A stretch of DNA of 64,000 nucleotides, from positions 36,828,001 through 36,892,000 of the forward strand of contig OX597818.1 of assembly GCA_951406725.2 (NCBI GenBank), given 5' to 3'. How positions within the stretch are numbered: position 1 is the first letter of the stretch; each line of letters starts with the position of its first letter. This DNA is from Octopus vulgaris (taxonomy: Eukaryota). Under the pieces are notes generated by a model, which saw only the letters and a program-made list of their open reading frames with translations, ran no database searches and had not been told where the DNA came from. A program made the translations under genes and the position numbers. Below, piece by piece: positions 1 to 13,419 of the stretch.

Positions 1-142
1 AAAAGATAACGATAAAAACAATTACACTTTTTAAATATACACAATATTTCCTCGGTTATGCAATAATTATGATACTAGTCTTTTTGGCAATCCTGTCATT
101 GTGAATGACATTAATAACGTAAATACTAGAAGAGATTATTAC

Positions 143-186
<44 letters not shown>

Positions 187-322
187 TTTTTGAACCAGTT
201 GAAGACACACAAGATGTCGAAATATCGTTCACTAAATAACAATGGCACTCTTCTTTTAATTTTGACTCTATATCTTCTGGAGGAGTTACCTCAATCCTTT
301 ATATATTATTATTATTATTATG

Positions 323-359
<37 letters not shown>

Positions 360-361
360 GT

Positions 362-585
362 AAGGCGGTGAGATGGCAAAATTGCTAGCACACCGGTCAA
401 AATGTTTAGCGATCTTTCTTCCCGCTTTACGTTCTGAGTTCAAACTGCGCCGAGGTCAATTCTACCTTTCATGCTACCGGATTCGATAAGCAAAATAAGC
501 ACCAGTTGAGCACTGGAGTTGATGTAATCGATAATTTCCCTTCCATAAAAATTTCTGAGCTTATGGCAATAGTAGAATAAATTAT
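362..585 (+). mobile_element. tRNA-derived SINE with Nin-like central domain
   Basis: tRNA-like head with B-box-like gagttcaaa, then ccgaggtcaattctacctttcat...gataa...accagtt. Follows an (ATT)n tract and matches six other loci in the window. Confidence 0.75.
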
Positions 586-704
586 TATACTTGCTGTCGC
601 AGCCATTGTTGCTATTCTTATTACTATCACTACTGCTATTGCTTCTAAAATAATGATAATAATAATTGATTGGAAATGTTATCACTTACTGATTGGAAGT
701 GTTA

Positions 705-1462
705 TCATGTACGTTGTTTTCTTTTGGTACACAAGATGGGCTACAGCAAATATTCTGCTCAATACCACAGATTTGCTTGTCAGTTGTTTTGACCATAACC
801 AGTTGGGCATGTCCCTTGGTGGCTGACGTTATGCACATCTCTGATCACGAGCAGAAGTAGTGGGGAAGCATCATAGCCGTGTGTTGTGGAGGCACATGGC
901 CTAATAGTTAGAGCAGCGGACTCGCGGTCGGGGGATCACGGGTTCAAATCTCAGACCGGGCGATGTGTGTGTTTATGAGCGACAACTTTCGCCACAACTT
1001 TTTCTCACTCTTTCCTCCTGCATCTAGCAGCTCACCAGGGACGGACCGGCGTCCCTGCCAGGTGGGGAACCTATACGCCAATGAAACCGGTAAACCGGCC
1101 CTTATAAGCCAGACATGGCTGGAGAAACAAGAAACAAGAATAGCCGTGTGTTGAGAGAGATTCTTTGGAGTTTGGATAATTCACCTCTGGAAATATGAGT
1201 GTTCCGTTCAACATCCTTAAACAACCTCCATTCAGGAACCTTTTGAGCGAGATGGGCTACTCGACATGAAGAAACTTCTAAGTAGGCCCCACCTGCAAGG
1301 TCATGCGCTGTTTATCTTGATATGAGATCACCATGTGGCGCATATATGTTTATGATGCATGTGCCTGGTGTACCCTTATCAGACGGTAGTCATGATGGAT
1401 ATACTGGGCTTCATATATTTTACCCCGGTGTCACTTTAATTGAATGCACTGCTCTCTCACTC

Positions 1463-1504
<42 letters not shown>

Positions 1505-1505
1505 C
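705..1505 (+). mobile_element. Unclassified interspersed repeat ending in (AAT)n, interrupted by a SINE
   Basis: Sequence is continuous across the SINE insertion and ends ctctctcactc(aat)n, like a non-LTR 3' end. Confidence 0.4.
887..1139 (+). mobile_element. tRNA-Arg-headed (OR-like) SINE with V/Meta-like 3' module and 14-bp TSD
   Basis: Head ggaggcacatggcctaatagttagagcagcggacTCGcggtc; 3' gacggaccggcgtccc...gaaaccgg; direct repeat atagccgtgtgttg at 873-886 and 1140-1153. Confidence 0.85.
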
Positions 1506-2103
1506 TAGCGAAAAACTAGCTTACTGTTTGAACTGGGCTGTCAAAGTGTGATTTCGGTTGAAGAATTTTACAATGGCAACAACTAATCTTCAAAAGTAGT
1601 GAAGAAAGGGACTGAAGGAGAGAGAGGAGGGTAGAGACTGACAGACAGTCAGACATACAGGAAGACATAGAGTGGTGGTAAAGGACAGAGGGGAAGAGAA
1701 AGGGAATGAGACAGAGGGACAGAGAGAGGCAGAGAGAGAAGAAATATATGTGCTTTCAACAATAGGTTCAGCGTTGTAGCAGTCAGAGTGTTTCAAGTAG
1801 CTAACTTTCATATGTCTATGAATGAATAAAAGGGTACGTTTTGGAAATTAAAGCTTTAAGCAACGAAGGACGTGTTAATTTAATGTGAGAACGTGTTAAT
1901 TTAATGTGAGTCTAACGAAAAAACTAGCTTACTATTTGTGTATGTGTGACTTTGGCCGACGAATTTTACGATGTCAGCAAGTAATCTTCAAAAGTAGCGA
2001 AGAAAGTAATAGAGGGAGAAAGAAAGAGAGACAGAAAGAAATAGAGAGTTTGGTAGTAAAAAGACGGAGGAACAGAGAAAGAGAGCGGGAGGGAAGAATG
2101 ACA

Positions 2104-3153
2104 CCGATAGGCTGTACTTGTCCAGAAGAAAGGGTGGGAGAGGTTTGATCAGTTGCTAGGATTGTATCGAAGCAGAGATAAATAGCCAAGGGTGGTGTAT
2201 AAAAAATGCCGTGGAACCACTGTTGAAACACGCGAAGAAGGCCAGCATCACCAAGACTGAAAATTGTGTAACTAAAGAAAAATTTAAACAAAAAATGAAC
2301 AAAGAAAAAATAAAAAGCATGAAAGGAATAGAAAATGTACCGTCAGTTTGCAAGAGATATGAACGCCAAGACAGTTACAGAGGATGAGTGGCTATGGGAT
2401 GAAGGAGGAGTGACCTGAAGATAGAGAAGACAGAAGCACTCATATGTGCAGCTCAAGAACAAGCATTAAGGACTAATTGTATGAAATGCAGAATAGGTAA
2501 CACAACCGATAGCGACAAATGCAGAATCTGAGGTGCGAGGAGTGAAGCGGTATGGCACATCGTTAGCAAATGCCCAAAATTGGTACAACGCGAATACAAA
2601 AGACGCCATGACAATCTGGAAAAAATTATACATCGGGAGCTCTGTGGAAATCACGGCCTACAGAGAGCAGAGACATGGTATGCGCAAACTCCAAAAGGAA
2701 TCACCGAAAATGAGAATTGCTAAAAATCTTGTGGGATGCAAAAATTCAGTGCGATCACATGACCAGACATCGGAAAAGGAAGAACATGTATGATTATCGA
2801 TATAGCATGCCCCAGTGACAACAGGATCAGTATGAAGGAAGAAGAAAAAATAAACAACTATGGCAATTTATAGTGGGAAATACGAAGGTTGTGGTCAATG
2901 AGGAGAGTAGACGTGATACTAATAGTAATTAGTGCACTTGGAAGTATCAGCACTCAGCTACTAACATGTCTGAAAAAGATCTGTGCAGGTGTGAAGGTAG
3001 AATACCTACAAAAATCAGCATTGCTGAGAACTACAAGAATTCTTCGCAGGGTTCTTGAAGCATGACCAGTTAACAAATGTCACTTTAGTCAGCTGACTGC
3101 AGACAGCTTACACTGTCAATCATACCCAGTAAAATTTGCTGAGTTTTCATCAC

Positions 3154-3155
<2 letters not shown>
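2104..3155 (+). mobile_element. R4/Dong-clade LINE, 5'-truncated decayed 3' portion
   Basis: Translates with stops and frameshifts to DRLYLSRRKGGRGLIS, EALICAAQEQAL, a CCHC knuckle (KCRI..HIVSKC..YKRRHDN), IIDIACP and ILRRVLEA*. Followed by (AAT)n. Confidence 0.85.
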
Positions 3156-3193
<38 letters not shown>

Positions 3194-3210
3194 TAATAAT
3201 GATAGTAGTA

Positions 3211-3253
<43 letters not shown>

Positions 3254-3401
3254 GGAGGAGGAGGACATGAAGGAAAATTTCTATTATTTGCCAGAAGATC
3301 ATCAATGAGAACATTATAACAATAGTATAATGTTTATTCCCTTGCAAAAAAAATGAGATTGTAATGCAGTACAATATGATATATAGAAAAGGTATGATGC
3401 A

Positions 3402-3471
3402 AACACACACACACACACACACACATATGTATATATGTATGTATGTATAGTTAGACAGACAGACAGATAGA

Positions 3472-3547
<76 letters not shown>

Positions 3548-3632
3548 TAGGCAGGCAGGCAGGCGGCTAGGTAGGTAGGTAGATAGGCAGACAGGCAGGC
3601 AGGCGGCTAGGTAGGTAGGTAGGTAGACAGGC

Positions 3633-3693
<61 letters not shown>

Positions 3694-3715
3694 TGAAGAC
3701 AGACAGAAAGATAGA
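3402..3715. repeat. Compound (CA)/(GATA)/(GACA)/(GGCA) microsatellite
   Basis: Directly visible. Confidence 0.95.
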
Positions 3716-6107
3716 TGCGCCTTAGAATATTTTTGGTGATGGTATGCAGAGCATGCGCATTTCGTAACACTGAATGTGAATAATTTCGCCCTATTTTGCT
3801 CTCATTGATATTTATGTGAGAAAAACCAACAGCATATGTGTGTATCTATATATATATATATACATATGTGTGTGTGTGTGTGTGTGTGTATACTTGTGTG
3901 CTTGTGTGTATTCGTGTGCGAGATTATGTATGCGCATGCAAGTTAGTGCTACTGGGAAAAGTGAAGATTAGGGAGAGGAAAAAAATAACAGAAAGAGATA
4001 ACAGAAATGTTTAGAAAGCGACAGAAAGAAATAGGTCGTGTAAAAATAAAAAAAAATAGTAAATGAAGTTACGTATCTACGTATGTTTATATTTGTATAA
4101 TGTAGGAGGATATACATAGCTGAGCACAGTGAGATGATAACACCGACAACAAACGTATCCCAAGTCGATCACCAAAAGATGAGAGAAAAAAGATTAAGAA
4201 ATATATAAGGTGTACATAATAAAAAAAATTTGGGTCGTTCGCCTTGTCATTTTTGTTTTCTTTTTCTACCTCTTCCTTCTTTTCTACTCTATAATTGCTC
4301 TCAAATTTCCTACCTACAATTTATTACGGATGTAAAACCATGGGGTAAGATTCACAGTGGGGGTGAAATCAACTGCGTGGTTGGAAATGAAAATAAAACT
4401 TGCGAAATGCTCTCTAGTGTACTGAAGAATATGCGATGATTCATCAGTTTGAACCGGGAATCCCTTTAACGGGAAACAACTGATATGGATTTAATCCCAG
4501 TTTAGAACTGATACGTTGTTTCTTTTTGTTCTGTTTTTACTCCTCAGCCGCTGATTAGAAAAATATCTAAATATCCATCATTCAGTTTAACAGCACCATC
4601 TCGACCTCGATGTTTTTAGTAAAGTCCGTCATTTTATTGCAAGTCTGTCATTTGGATTCAATATCTGATACGTTGCTGTCATTTCTTCCTCACTTGCCTT
4701 CTAAAAGCCTTGGAAGTTCTGCTGAGGTCATGGCTACTGTCCATCCGCCTTTCATAAAGCCATACTAAGAAAACAACCAAACAACCCTATATTAATCCTT
4801 GGTGGCATTACTGAGATAAAAAAAAGTCGTCACTCACGGTCAGATATTAGTATGTTCCATGTTACTTAGCTTCGCTTGTGGTATTAAGACACAGACTCTC
4901 TCGTCATTTCACCCTGCCTCCGACGAAACATCTTGCACTGATGGAGAGACAGAGAACTGCTCCAGTATTGGTCGAAACCTTATATATCAATCTCAAAAGA
5001 ATGAATGGCAAAGTTGGTCTCGGCAGAATTTAAATTCAGAGAGCAAAAAGCCGAAACAAATATCGCAATGTATTGTCTCTGATGGTCTAACGACTGTCAA
5101 TTGACTATCTATAGCCGAAATAAAGACTAAAGAAACTGAAATAGAATAAGGAGTCGATACAGAGTTGCTAGGTAAATTTGTTGTGAGCTTATCTCAACTC
5201 ACATTTCATTTACTTAGAAAAGATCAAATTTGACAACAGTTCCACCACAAACGAACTGCCTCAAGATGCGAAGGATATGTTCTTAAGTATAACCTATAAC
5301 AGTTGATTTACATTTACGTATAGATAAAAGCCACAAGTAACAATTAGCCAATGAATAGAGACCTCTAATGGAAGTGAAGTCTCCTCAAGTTCCTGAATGC
5401 CATCTATAAAAAAAAAGAATACATAGAATAATATAGTCTTAGACACACTATTTCTGGAAAACAAAACAGGATGATCACGGCGGGTTACTTTTCATCATAG
5501 ATCTCCTCGATGAAAGCTGACTTGGAGTTAAAGAACGTGATGCTGTTGTTAATGGATACATAGCACTTTCTGTATTTCCATTTCAAATATAGACATCAGA
5601 AAGTAAATATCAGCCAGTAATCCAATTAATGAAAACCGTAATTTTTCTTTAAATTTAAAGAATTTCTATATTCTTAATCAATAAGAAATGTGTCAGTTAG
5701 TCAGTGATATACATTTTAGAGCAAAAAAAATCTTTCTTACGGAAATTCTTGTAATGAGTATACGACTAATATTTTTGGATAAAAATTCTCACTTTACCAG
5801 AAATAGACAGAACAATTTCTCGTGCAACATATAGTTCATCAAAAATTAAGTCCTTGTGATGTCATTAATAAAAAGAAAATTCGAATACAGTTTTAAAACT
5901 ATGTTGTGTGGTTTCGTATCATCTGTAGTAGAAATTTTTAAAAATATATTTGTGTATGTATGTGTGTTTCTCTGTGCCTGGTTGACTTAAAAATTACAAA
6001 ACAAACACCTACAAAAGCGTATATATACATATGCAGACATGTGTGTGTGTGTGTGTGTGTGTATACATACGCTTTTCAGCACCTCATTCTGAAGGTTTAT
6101 CCTTGTA

Positions 6108-6350
6108 GAGGCGCAATGGCTTAGTGGTTAGGATGTTACACTCATGCTCATAATGTTGTGGTTTCGATTCTTAGACATGGCGATTCGTCGAGATCTTGAA
6201 GAAAATACATCATTTCATGTTGCTCTAGTTCACTCAGTCGGCAAAAATGAGTAAACATGCAATGGAGCGGCGTCCCGTCCATAATGGTGCAATCTAGACG
6301 CCACGGAATTCGAGAAACAGGCCTTATGAGCCTTTGGCTCGGGAAGGTCC
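6108..6350 (+). mobile_element. Degenerate OR-like SINE (V/Meta-like tail)
   Basis: gaggcgcaatggcttagtggttagg head; gcaatggagcggcgtcccgtcc tail. Confidence 0.65.
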
Positions 6351-6444
6351 TTTGATCCTTTTGATGTATTCGTAGCTGTTTAACTCAATATGAATATATC
6401 CATAATTTTGTTGCTAAAAACCAACATTTTATTCATTATTTCTA

Positions 6445-6772
6445 AATATTTCTCCTTCGATAGTCGCTTAATTCTGCCGCTAGACGGCTCTTTATCTATT
6501 ACTTATTCCAGTTGTCTTCCTTCTTCTTGGACAATCGTTCAGTCATTAATATCGGCGAAACCTTACTATATTTCACATTGATACTGTTGTTTTTACCCTA
6601 TTTGTCATTAATATTTCTCCTTCGATAGTCTCTTAATTCTGCCGCTAGACGGCTCTTTTTCTATTACTTATTCCAGTTGTCTTCCTTCTCCTTGGACAAT
6701 CGTTCAGTCATTAATATCGGCGAAACTTTTCCATATTTCACATTGATAATGTTGTTTTTTTCCCTATTTGTT
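6445..6772. repeat. Tandem duplication, 2 x 165 bp
   Basis: aatatttctccttcgatagtc... starts at 6445 and again at 6610, with few mismatches. Confidence 0.9.
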
Positions 6773-7253
6773 AATGCTTGCTTAAATTATTATGATTGTC
6801 AACAAAAGAGCCATCACGTATTTCACAGTAATACTGTAATTCTCCGATATGTATTCTTTCGTATGAAGACAGCGTTTATCATAAATGCTTTCCTACAAAT
6901 TTCACAAAGGAAAGGTTTTCTTGCTTTTGTGATTAGGAACGTCAATGACAAGATTCGAATGAAATATTAAATATTTCTCACATATTTCTCACTGGTATTA
7001 TATTTCATTGACATTGTCATACATATGTTGTTGCTTTTTGTTTTTTGTTGTTTCGGTTTTTTTTTTTTTTGTTTGTCTGTTTGTTTTATGTTTGTTTGTT
7101 TATTTATTTTTTTATATTTGTTTTTTGTTTTTTTGCATTGTCATTTACTAAGGTAGAAGTGTACATCTGGGCCAGAGTCTTTTATATGTATGGCATTATA
7201 TAGATAGATAGACATACATACAGAAAGGCAGACAGACAGACAGACAGACAGAC

Positions 7254-7299
<46 letters not shown>

Positions 7300-7300
7300 G

Positions 7301-7744
7301 TTTCTTTATTGGCCACACAGGGCTGCACACGGATGTGACAAGTTACAAGGTAGAGCTTTTCTTTTGGGGGATGAAGAGAACAAAAAACAAAAGAAAAAAA
7401 GGGGGTGGCGTAGGTTTTCGATCAAGAGGGATCGTAAAAGAGAAGAAAAGAACAAAAACAAAAAAAAAAATTGAATAAAATAAAAAGAATAAAAAGAAAA
7501 AAAAGAAAAGGAAAAGGAACAAAAGGAAAGAGAAATGAAAAAAGAAGAAAAAAGGGGAAAAAAAGGGGAAGAGGAAAAAAAGAACGATCAATAGGGATCG
7601 TGTATCACAGTGTTATGATATATGGTGTAAAGGGGAAAGCAAGTAAGGTTTATCCGTGGGAAGAAAAGCCTACGAAAAAGACCACGGTAACCTTGGTCAA
7701 TATTGTTATATGTTACCACATTTGTTTGCAAGTGGGTAACCCTC
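7301..7744 (-). mobile_element. Non-LTR retroelement 3' UTR (possibly L1/Tx1-like) inside (GATA)n
   Basis: The minus strand is T-rich and ends gtgtgcagccctgtgtggccAATAAAgaaa. Homologous to 62692-62818. Confidence 0.55.
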
Positions 7745-7818
<74 letters not shown>

Positions 7819-8164
7819 CATGAGGTATTCAGTTGATGAAAATATTAGACGTGTAAAGACAAAACTGGTTGCTCATTAAGCCTTCGGTGTGTCCGCTTCT
7901 TTATATTGCCTTAAGGGGGTGGATTTTACTTGTTCGAAACTTAAAACAATTTATTGAAGGAATTTTGTTGCAGTGACAATTTATATACTTTTTTTTCGTA
8001 TGATTATCATGAAGTCAACAAGAGTCAATAGCAAGCCGCACCCCCACCCCCATCTTGTGAGATGAAAATGCAATGAAAAGCATTCAAATTGGCTTTTTTA
8101 ACCAAGCAATATTTCTCTTTTATCTTCTTTCACATCTTGGGATATAAAGTCAGAATTATTATGG

Positions 8165-8545
8165 AATATCAGATAATATCAGTGCCAAGGACTCCAAATT
8201 TGCCATCAAGATGTAGGACAAGATACTGCGATAGTCTGGGCTTCAGAGGTCCACAGCTCTTCAATATCCTCCCGAAGTACCTGAGAGACCTGCATGGGGT
8301 GGATGCGAATGTCTTTAAAATAAAGCTGGATCTCTTCCTGTCAGGTGTCCCAGATGAACCAACTTTACAGCAGGAGGTGCAGATGAGGGCAGCTGCACCA
8401 AACTCTCTCATGCACCAAATGTCAATTACTAAAAAGCATTCGTGAAGTAAAATGATGTAGGGACACCGAATGGCGGTGCCCCAGCATGGCCACAGCTCGT
8501 GAGCTGAAACTAAATGAAATGAAAATGAAATGAAAAATGAAAAAT
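8165..8545 (+). mobile_element. CR1-type LINE 3' end
   Basis: ORF motif GPQLFNILP..FKIKLDLFL..VPDEP..NSL; short 3' UTR and (aaatg)n tail. Confidence 0.8.
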
Positions 8546-8719
8546 ATTTTGGTAGATTTCCAGTGCTACGGTCGATAGAATTTAGAGATATTATGTTCCA
8601 ATCTAATAGTTCTGAAACATATGCTATGGGTAGAATTGCTACGACGTGGATGGCACAGATGATATCTTTGATTTCTAGATGACTTTTAAAATATAATTTT
8701 GACTATTTTGAAATATGCA

Positions 8720-8782
8720 TTCGAATCCGCGATCCCTCGACCGTGAGTCCGCTGCTCTAACCACAAGGCCATGTGCCTCCAC
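8720..8782 (-). mobile_element. OR-like SINE head only
   Basis: Reverse complement of the tRNA-like head. Confidence 0.7.
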
Positions 8783-9798
8783 CGCTTAATCACACAGCTT
8801 TCGTATAATGATTTACTTTCAAATATTCCCAATTATTAGTAGAAAGATGAACTGTAGATGAATTGTCCCTCCAGATAGAATTTCAGACCATCTCTCTATT
8901 TGCCAGTCTGCATCGTTGCACTTTAAACTATATTTTCTTTATACATTTTGACAGTTCAAGTGACATGTTACTGTCCCTCTTAAACTGCTGGACAATGCAG
9001 AGAAATTTCTCAAAGTGGACACCACTAGCAGCGCACAAGTTTACTCTATCCTTCAAACAGAGAAAATGTATGATCTAGTCATTCTTCTTCATATGTCGGA
9101 CTCGGTGTTACCGCTCATCTTCACGAAATACCATATACAAACTGAAAGCCATTAAATTTATTTCCACCCATATTGTATGGCCTTGTGATCAACTACTCTT
9201 GTCACACATTGGACGAATCCGGCTTTCACCCAAGTCTATCGACAGAATCGCCTCACAATCAGGCATCAACAAAACAGGGGAGGGCATATTCCTCTGTCGA
9301 GTGGTTATGGCAAAAGTTGTTGTGTCTGAGATGACAGTGGACAAACACCTGCCTCTTTGGTCAAGCTCCCATTAACTATTTCAAGTGCCCCTTGGAAAAG
9401 AAAGAGAAAGTGGAGAGAGTTCCCTCGCTAAGCGAATTAAGTGGATGGAACTGCCCTAAGCTGTGTCTGTAGGCTGGAGTAGCGGTTTACTGATCTTTGT
9501 TCTCCATTTACAGATCAGAAATGCTAATATAATCCCTCCTCCCGCCAATCTTTTGTGTCATATGTAAACAGTTGGCATTTAGTCCCAATTCAGAATTTCC
9601 AATAACAATTAGGGTTATTTGAATTTTTTTTTTCATTTCTCACATCGTCAATAAAAAGTTTCAAGTACTTAAGTATGTTTTTAGTAATTTCCTGTAAAAT
9701 ATCTGTCAGATGGACCAGAAATAATCTCTAGTCAATAGTTTTTCATTATGTCACTAAAGACAATAACTGATATTTTAACACTCATATTTTTTTAAGCC

Positions 9799-10080
9799 GT
9801 GGAGGCACGTGGCCTAGTGGTTAGAGCAGTGGACTCGCAGTCGAGGGATTGCGGGTTCGAATCTCAGACCGAACGATGAGTGTGTTTATAAGCGGCTCCG
9901 GCAGAAGGTATATGGCGAACTTCTGCTGACTCTTTCGCCACAACTTTCTCTCACTCTTTCCTCCTGCATCTTGCAGCTCACCTGCGACGGACCATCGTCT
10001 CGTCCAGGTGGAGAATCCTATACGCCAAGGAAACCGGAAACCGGCCCTTATAAGCCAGACGTGGCTCGAGAAGGAACAAG
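9799..10080 (+). mobile_element. OR-like SINE (V/Meta-like tail)
   Basis: Colinear with 887-1139. Confidence 0.85.
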
Positions 10081-10259
10081 TACTTCTTTAAGCGATGAAG
10101 TTATTCTATCAGAGTATTCTTTACAGGTTATGTGCGGGTGGTCTGTGCCTCGAACTCATGTTGCATGTTTATACGCACACACTGTGAGTGTGTGTGTGTG
10201 TGTGCGTATGCAAATATATATAAATGTATATATATGCCTTTTAAAGCAAGGAATACTAC

Positions 10260-10623
10260 ACCATATAAAGCAAGGAATATGGCGGAACACAGCAATGCAG
10301 TGCAAACATAACAGACCTGATATTGTTCTGTCGGACAGGGAACAACACTGTTGTAGAGGCCAGCTGCCAAGCAGATGTTAATGTACAATCAAAAGTCCAA
10401 GAAAAAAAAGAACATTTATGGCGAATTAGTGAGGAACCTACAGCTCTTATATCCTGACTATACATTCGAATTTGTACTTCAATTTAATACTTCTACACAA
10501 AAACATAGAAATAGTAAGCTTTTCGAAAAAAAAAATCAAGAGGAACTGATACGGTTTCTCCAAATCCAATTTATTACTAGCATAGTGAAGATTTATAAGA
10601 CATTCCAAAGATTCTACATCTGA
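10260..10623 (+). mobile_element. Restriction-like-endonuclease LINE (R4/Dong-type) C-terminal relic
   Basis: KHNRPDIVL (PD motif) followed by KKNIYGELVRNLQLLYP. Confidence 0.65.
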
Positions 10624-11020
10624 GATTCTTTAGTAAAAATTAGATTCAGATGAATATGGTACTTAAGTTGAGACACCAGAATTTAGTACGGTATTATCCA
10701 TACAATTTCAAAATAAGGTGATTAAAATCAAAATAAGCAACAAGGATATCCAGAGGTAATGCAGTACGATCGGAGTAGATTAATACACACATTTGGGCGT
10801 GTGCATTGACAGCGCAGCCAACAGAACAACCCAACCACATATTTACATACACTGGGAACTCTCTTTACTCAAAAAAGTCTTGTTCCTTTGTTAGTGGCAG
10901 GATTGAATACTCTACAAAAAAACTTAAATAAGTAAGACTTGTTCGAAACTTAAATAAATACGACTCAAATAAAAATACGTTCATAAACATACGTACATAT
11001 ACATACATATGTGCATACAT

Positions 11021-11067
<47 letters not shown>

Positions 11068-11075
11068 TACATACA

Positions 11076-11104
<29 letters not shown>

Positions 11105-11108
<4 letters not shown>

Positions 11109-11265
11109 TGTGTGGTAAGTAGCTTGCTTGCCAACTACATGGTTCCAGGTTCATTCCCACTTCGTGGCACCTGGGGCAAGTGTCTTGTACTGTAGCCTCG
11201 GGCCGACCAAAGCCTTGTGAGTGGATTTGGTAGATTGAAACTGAAACTAGCCCGTCGTATATATG

Positions 11266-11296
<31 letters not shown>

Positions 11297-11500
11297 TTGT
11301 GTGTCTGTGTTTGTCCCCCCCACCATCGCTTGACAACCGATGGTGGTGTGTTTACGTCCCCGTAACTTAGCGGTTCGGCAAAAAGGACCGATAGAATAAG
11401 TACAAGGCTTCCAAAGAATAAGTCCTGGTGTCGATTTGCTCGGCTAAACACGGTGCTCTAGCAAAGCCGCAGTTAAATGACTGAAGCAAGTAAAAGAGTA
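11105..11500 (+). mobile_element. tRNA-derived CORE-like SINE with internal microsatellite
   Basis: gtgtggtaagtagcttgc...ggcacctggggcaagtgtc..(TA)(TG)..tail ggtgctctagcaaagccgcagttaaatgactgaagc; more than 10 copies in the window. Confidence 0.85.
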
Positions 11501-11503
11501 TGT

Positions 11504-11552
<49 letters not shown>

Positions 11553-11896
11553 TGCATGCATTTATGCATAATTTTCCAGATAATGTTAGTTGTAATCTGT
11601 GCGCAAATCTTGTGCAGAATATTTCCTATGACAAAGTACACATGTATAAACTGAGTGTATAATATATATATATTTATTATTTACTCAATCATGTTAAGCA
11701 GCTCACCGTTTGTGATGACATTAAGTTTTTTTGTGCCCTATTAAAGTAACTTGTATGCACGCGCATACGTGCACAGCGTAGCGGGAATAGTGGCCAAACT
11801 TGATTGGTTAATGCTGGTCCCCCACTAGTGCCACAACATGCATATCACAAGGCCTACATTTCATATCATAGTTGTGTTTCTTAGGTTATTTTTTAT

Positions 11897-12273
11897 GTTG
11901 TTGCTGTTTGTTTGTTGAGCGAAGCGGTCTTCGTCCCAGTGGTAGAAGTCCGAAACGTGGTCCTTTGCTCTTCGTAAGAGCCGCAGAAGAGAAAGCAAGT
12001 CAACCCCCGACACCGAGAGCATCGATGGATGGATGAATGCGCATCCAGGCTCAGCGGTTGCGTAGGAAGTCGGGGACAAGAAACAGGAAGAAATAGTGAG
12101 AGAAAGTTGGAGCGAAAGAGTACAACAGGGGTCGTCACCACCCCCTGCCGGAGCCTCGTGGAGCTTTAGGTGTTTTCGCTCAATAAACACACACAACGCC
12201 CGTCTGGGAATTGAAACCACGATCCTCCGACCGCGAGTCCACTGCCCTAACCATTGGGCCATTGCGCCTCCAC
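11897..12273 (-). mobile_element. OR-like SINE with a second type of 3' module
   Basis: Same tRNA-Arg head and 5' body; unrelated tail ending cgctcaacaaacaaacagc. Confidence 0.8.
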
Positions 12274-12559
12274 TTGTTGTTGCTGTTCTTGGTTGTGGTG
12301 TTTGGCATCAGGTTAATCCCGATGAAGTTGACCTTAGATTATATTGTATTCCATCGGCTGCCGCTCAGTCTTTTTAGGTGCAGGTACAACATTAACTAAT
12401 GTCCTTTTCTCTTACTTAATATAATGTCAGAGTGTGAACTGAGGGATACGTAACTACTGTTTCTGACAGATCAACTGATTAAAAGAAACTCTTTCATTGA
12501 CTCGTGGTGATAATCGTTCTGATTAAAACTCATCTGCTTCTGCTACTACTTCAGACCTG

Positions 12560-13000
12560 TACTTTTCATTCATCTAACCAATAATTTCCTGCATATTTAT
12601 CCTTGTGTTCCATCTATAGGTTTGTCTAACAGTGTTTTCTAGATAGAAGATTGAATCTTCTTCATTTGAGGTTTAATAAGTTTGGCAGCTGCAGTTGCTG
12701 GGATGTAGAGTGAGATGTCGAGCTCACAGATGTGCTTTTTTTTTTAATGTCCTTCTTAAGAGGAGAGGAGAGACTCTTTGTAGTTTTCTTGTGCTTAATA
12801 GTCTTTGACTAGTCATTAGTCCGCTTCATTGAATAAGCAGATAAGACATAGTGCAATGTCAAATTGTATTTCTATTTCCATAAGAGACTTTTCCTCCTTC
12901 ATGACTGGGCATGTACAGTCGGTTGACATCTGCTTTTGTATGGTGCATTTGTATGTCTGGTGAGTTGCTGTCTTACATTGTGATCTATCGCTACGGTATC
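12560..13000 (-). mobile_element. Decayed R4/Dong-like LINE fragment
   Basis: Minus strand gives KADVNRLYMPSHEGGK, similar to KADVDRLYLPRKEGGRG. Confidence 0.55.
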
Positions 13001-13419
13001 ATTTCTATTTCATTCTATTATTCGGAAACTGTAGAGTAAGAATGACTGAGGCTGTAAAACTGTTCATTGATTTTATTTCGTTCGATGAAAACGATATTTT
13101 GTTTTCATGATTAACCTGACTCTTTTGTTGTAATCTTTGTTGAATGAATATAAGTGATCGCTAATACTCAAGATCAGACAGAGTCGCCTAAATCTCTGAT
13201 GCTGAAATTATCATATCGAGCAGTTTGTTCTTTAATCTTATGGTCATCTTGGTTTAAATACTGTTTTTTGCAGACTTTTTAAGGTCAAATACTACCCGAA
13301 ATAATACACCACGTCGAGGAACGCTGCGAAGTTTCGGTTACACCGACGATAAAGTTTCACTTATTCATATAACAAAAAAATCTGATCAAAGCCTTTTAAA
13401 TTAATATTCGTTTCAAATT

